From Cyanophora paradoxa CCMP329 (Eukaryota > Plantae > Glaucophyta): a stretch of 64,000 bases of DNA. Both the position numbers and the translations under genes were made by a program. Shown here piece after piece: positions 62,797 to 64,000 of this stretch (positions are counted from its first letter, which is position 1; every line of letters starts with the position of its first letter). The stretch spans positions 186,001-250,000 of the forward strand of contig QPMI01000709.1 in NCBI GenBank assembly GCA_004431415.1. The letters run 5' to 3'. The notes beneath the pieces were generated by a model. It ran no database searches. It worked only from the letters and a program-made list of their open reading frames with translations, and was not told where the DNA came from.

Positions 62797-64000
62797 ATGC
62801 TAGACCCGGCGCTCGAGCGTGCGCTGAAAGCGCCGGAGGATCGCAAGCTCCTCTTTAAGGTCCGCCCGCCCAAGCCTCGCCCGTGTTCGTCTGCCGACCC
62901 CACCGCGCAGCTCGAAAACGAGCTGTTCGACTTCATCGATGACAAGGCGAGGTGCGTCGCTATCGATTCGACTCCCCGTCGAGCTGCCTCGCGGCCCTCC
63001 CCGTCCCTAGCCTAGTCACGGAGACCCGCGCCCGTCCTGCGCTGTGTACAGCATCGCTTGCGAGCCTCGCCATGGCGCAGGGGCGACGCGCTTCAGTTGC
63101 CGGCGATGAGCAGCTTCCACCGCTCGCTCGTCCAGAAGACGGCGGAGCGCTTCAAGCTGCGCTGCGTGCTGGAGGGGTCCGAGATCAACCCGCAGGTGAT
63201 CATCGAGCGCACTGCGAAGGCCGTCAAGCCCGCGCTGCGCTTCGTCGACTTCGTGCGCACGCCGCCTCGCCCTCGCCCAGCGCCCAGCGCCCAGCGCCCC
63301 GACGCGCGGCCGGCGGCAGATTCCGGATATGTTTGGCAAGCCGCCGCCGGTGACGCGCAAGCCGAAGCGCACGACGCCCAAGCGGCCCGAGCTGGGGCGC
63401 TACGTCCCGCCGTCGCGCCGGAAGCAGGAGCAGGCGGAGGAGGGCGAGGAAGAGGGGGAGGAGGAGGGCGAAGAGGACGAGGAGGACGAGGTCGAGGACG
63501 CGGAGGGCGAGGGCGACGGCGAGGAGGAGGCGGCCGCCGCCGCCGCCGCCGCCGCCGATGACGGGGAAGCTGAGAAGCCCAGCGGCGACAAGAGCGACGA
63601 GAAGCCGCGGAGGAGCGCTGCGAAGGAGGAAAGAGCGCCGGAGGCGGGCGCACCGGAGGGGCACGACGCGCCGCGGGAGCAGAGGCGGCGGGAGCGGGAG
63701 CGCGCGTCGCGGGGCCGCGAGTCGGAGGGCGCGCCGGCGGAGGAGGCGCCGGCCGCCGGCGGGGACCTGCGGAGCCTGATCGAGGCCCGCCGCTCCCGCG
63801 GCCGCGCCAGCGATGCATCCGAGGCCGCCGCCGACGCGCCGGCTGCCACGCCGCCCAAGCCGGCGGCCCCTGCGCTGCGGACCCTCGCGGAGGCGGCGGA
63901 GGGCGGGGAGCCGAGGCAGCAGCGGCCGTCCTCGGGGCGGCCCTTGGGCGGCGCGGAGGCGGCGGCGGCGGCGGCAGCGGAGGGCAAGAAGGGCCGCGGC
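62797..64000 (+). CDS. R3H-domain protein (R3HCC1-like), continues past the window end
   Basis: LENELFDFIDD...LQLPAMSSFHRSLVQKTAERFKL (R3H fold, conserved His replaced by Gln), then KRPELGRYVPPSRR and an acidic tract. Confidence 0.7.

Overview
GC-rich, intron-dense eukaryotic nuclear DNA carrying about 24 compact genes, many in head-to-head or tail-to-tail pairs. Introns are mostly 50-110 nt, with GTGCGC/GTACCC/GTGAGC donors, frequent GC donors and CTGAC/CTAAC/CTCAC branch points. Plastid-type transit peptides with an early Phe and the style of the F-box/LRR gene suggest a glaucophyte such as Cyanophora (inference only). Recognisable genes: cytosolic leucyl-tRNA synthetase, LicD-family transferase, ATP-grasp/SET fusion, DUF2358, LRR/coiled-coil protein, AraM/EgsA-type glycerol-1-phosphate dehydrogenase, Rubisco-LSMT-like SET protein, SAM methyltransferase, class II aldolase, AP endonuclease, GH1 glucosidase, ACR2/CDC25 rhodanese, Aurora kinase, WDR54 and an R3H protein. 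Highlights the ORF track does not show: (1) a spliced small gene whose product has an HMGN-like (HMG-14/17) nucleosome-binding N-terminus, a family regarded as vertebrate-specific; (2) a non-autonomous CACTA transposon with intact ends inserted exactly at a splice donor of an F-box gene and carrying a tandemly amplified exon+intron unit; (3) a lower-GC ~4 kb island bounded by a 23-bp direct repeat and holding an FN3-like repeat gene; (4) inverted paralogues sharing a 334-bp near-identical tract; (5) a pervasive double-palindrome micro-repeat signature in non-coding DNA. All exon structures were read by eye, and some gene ends are approximate.
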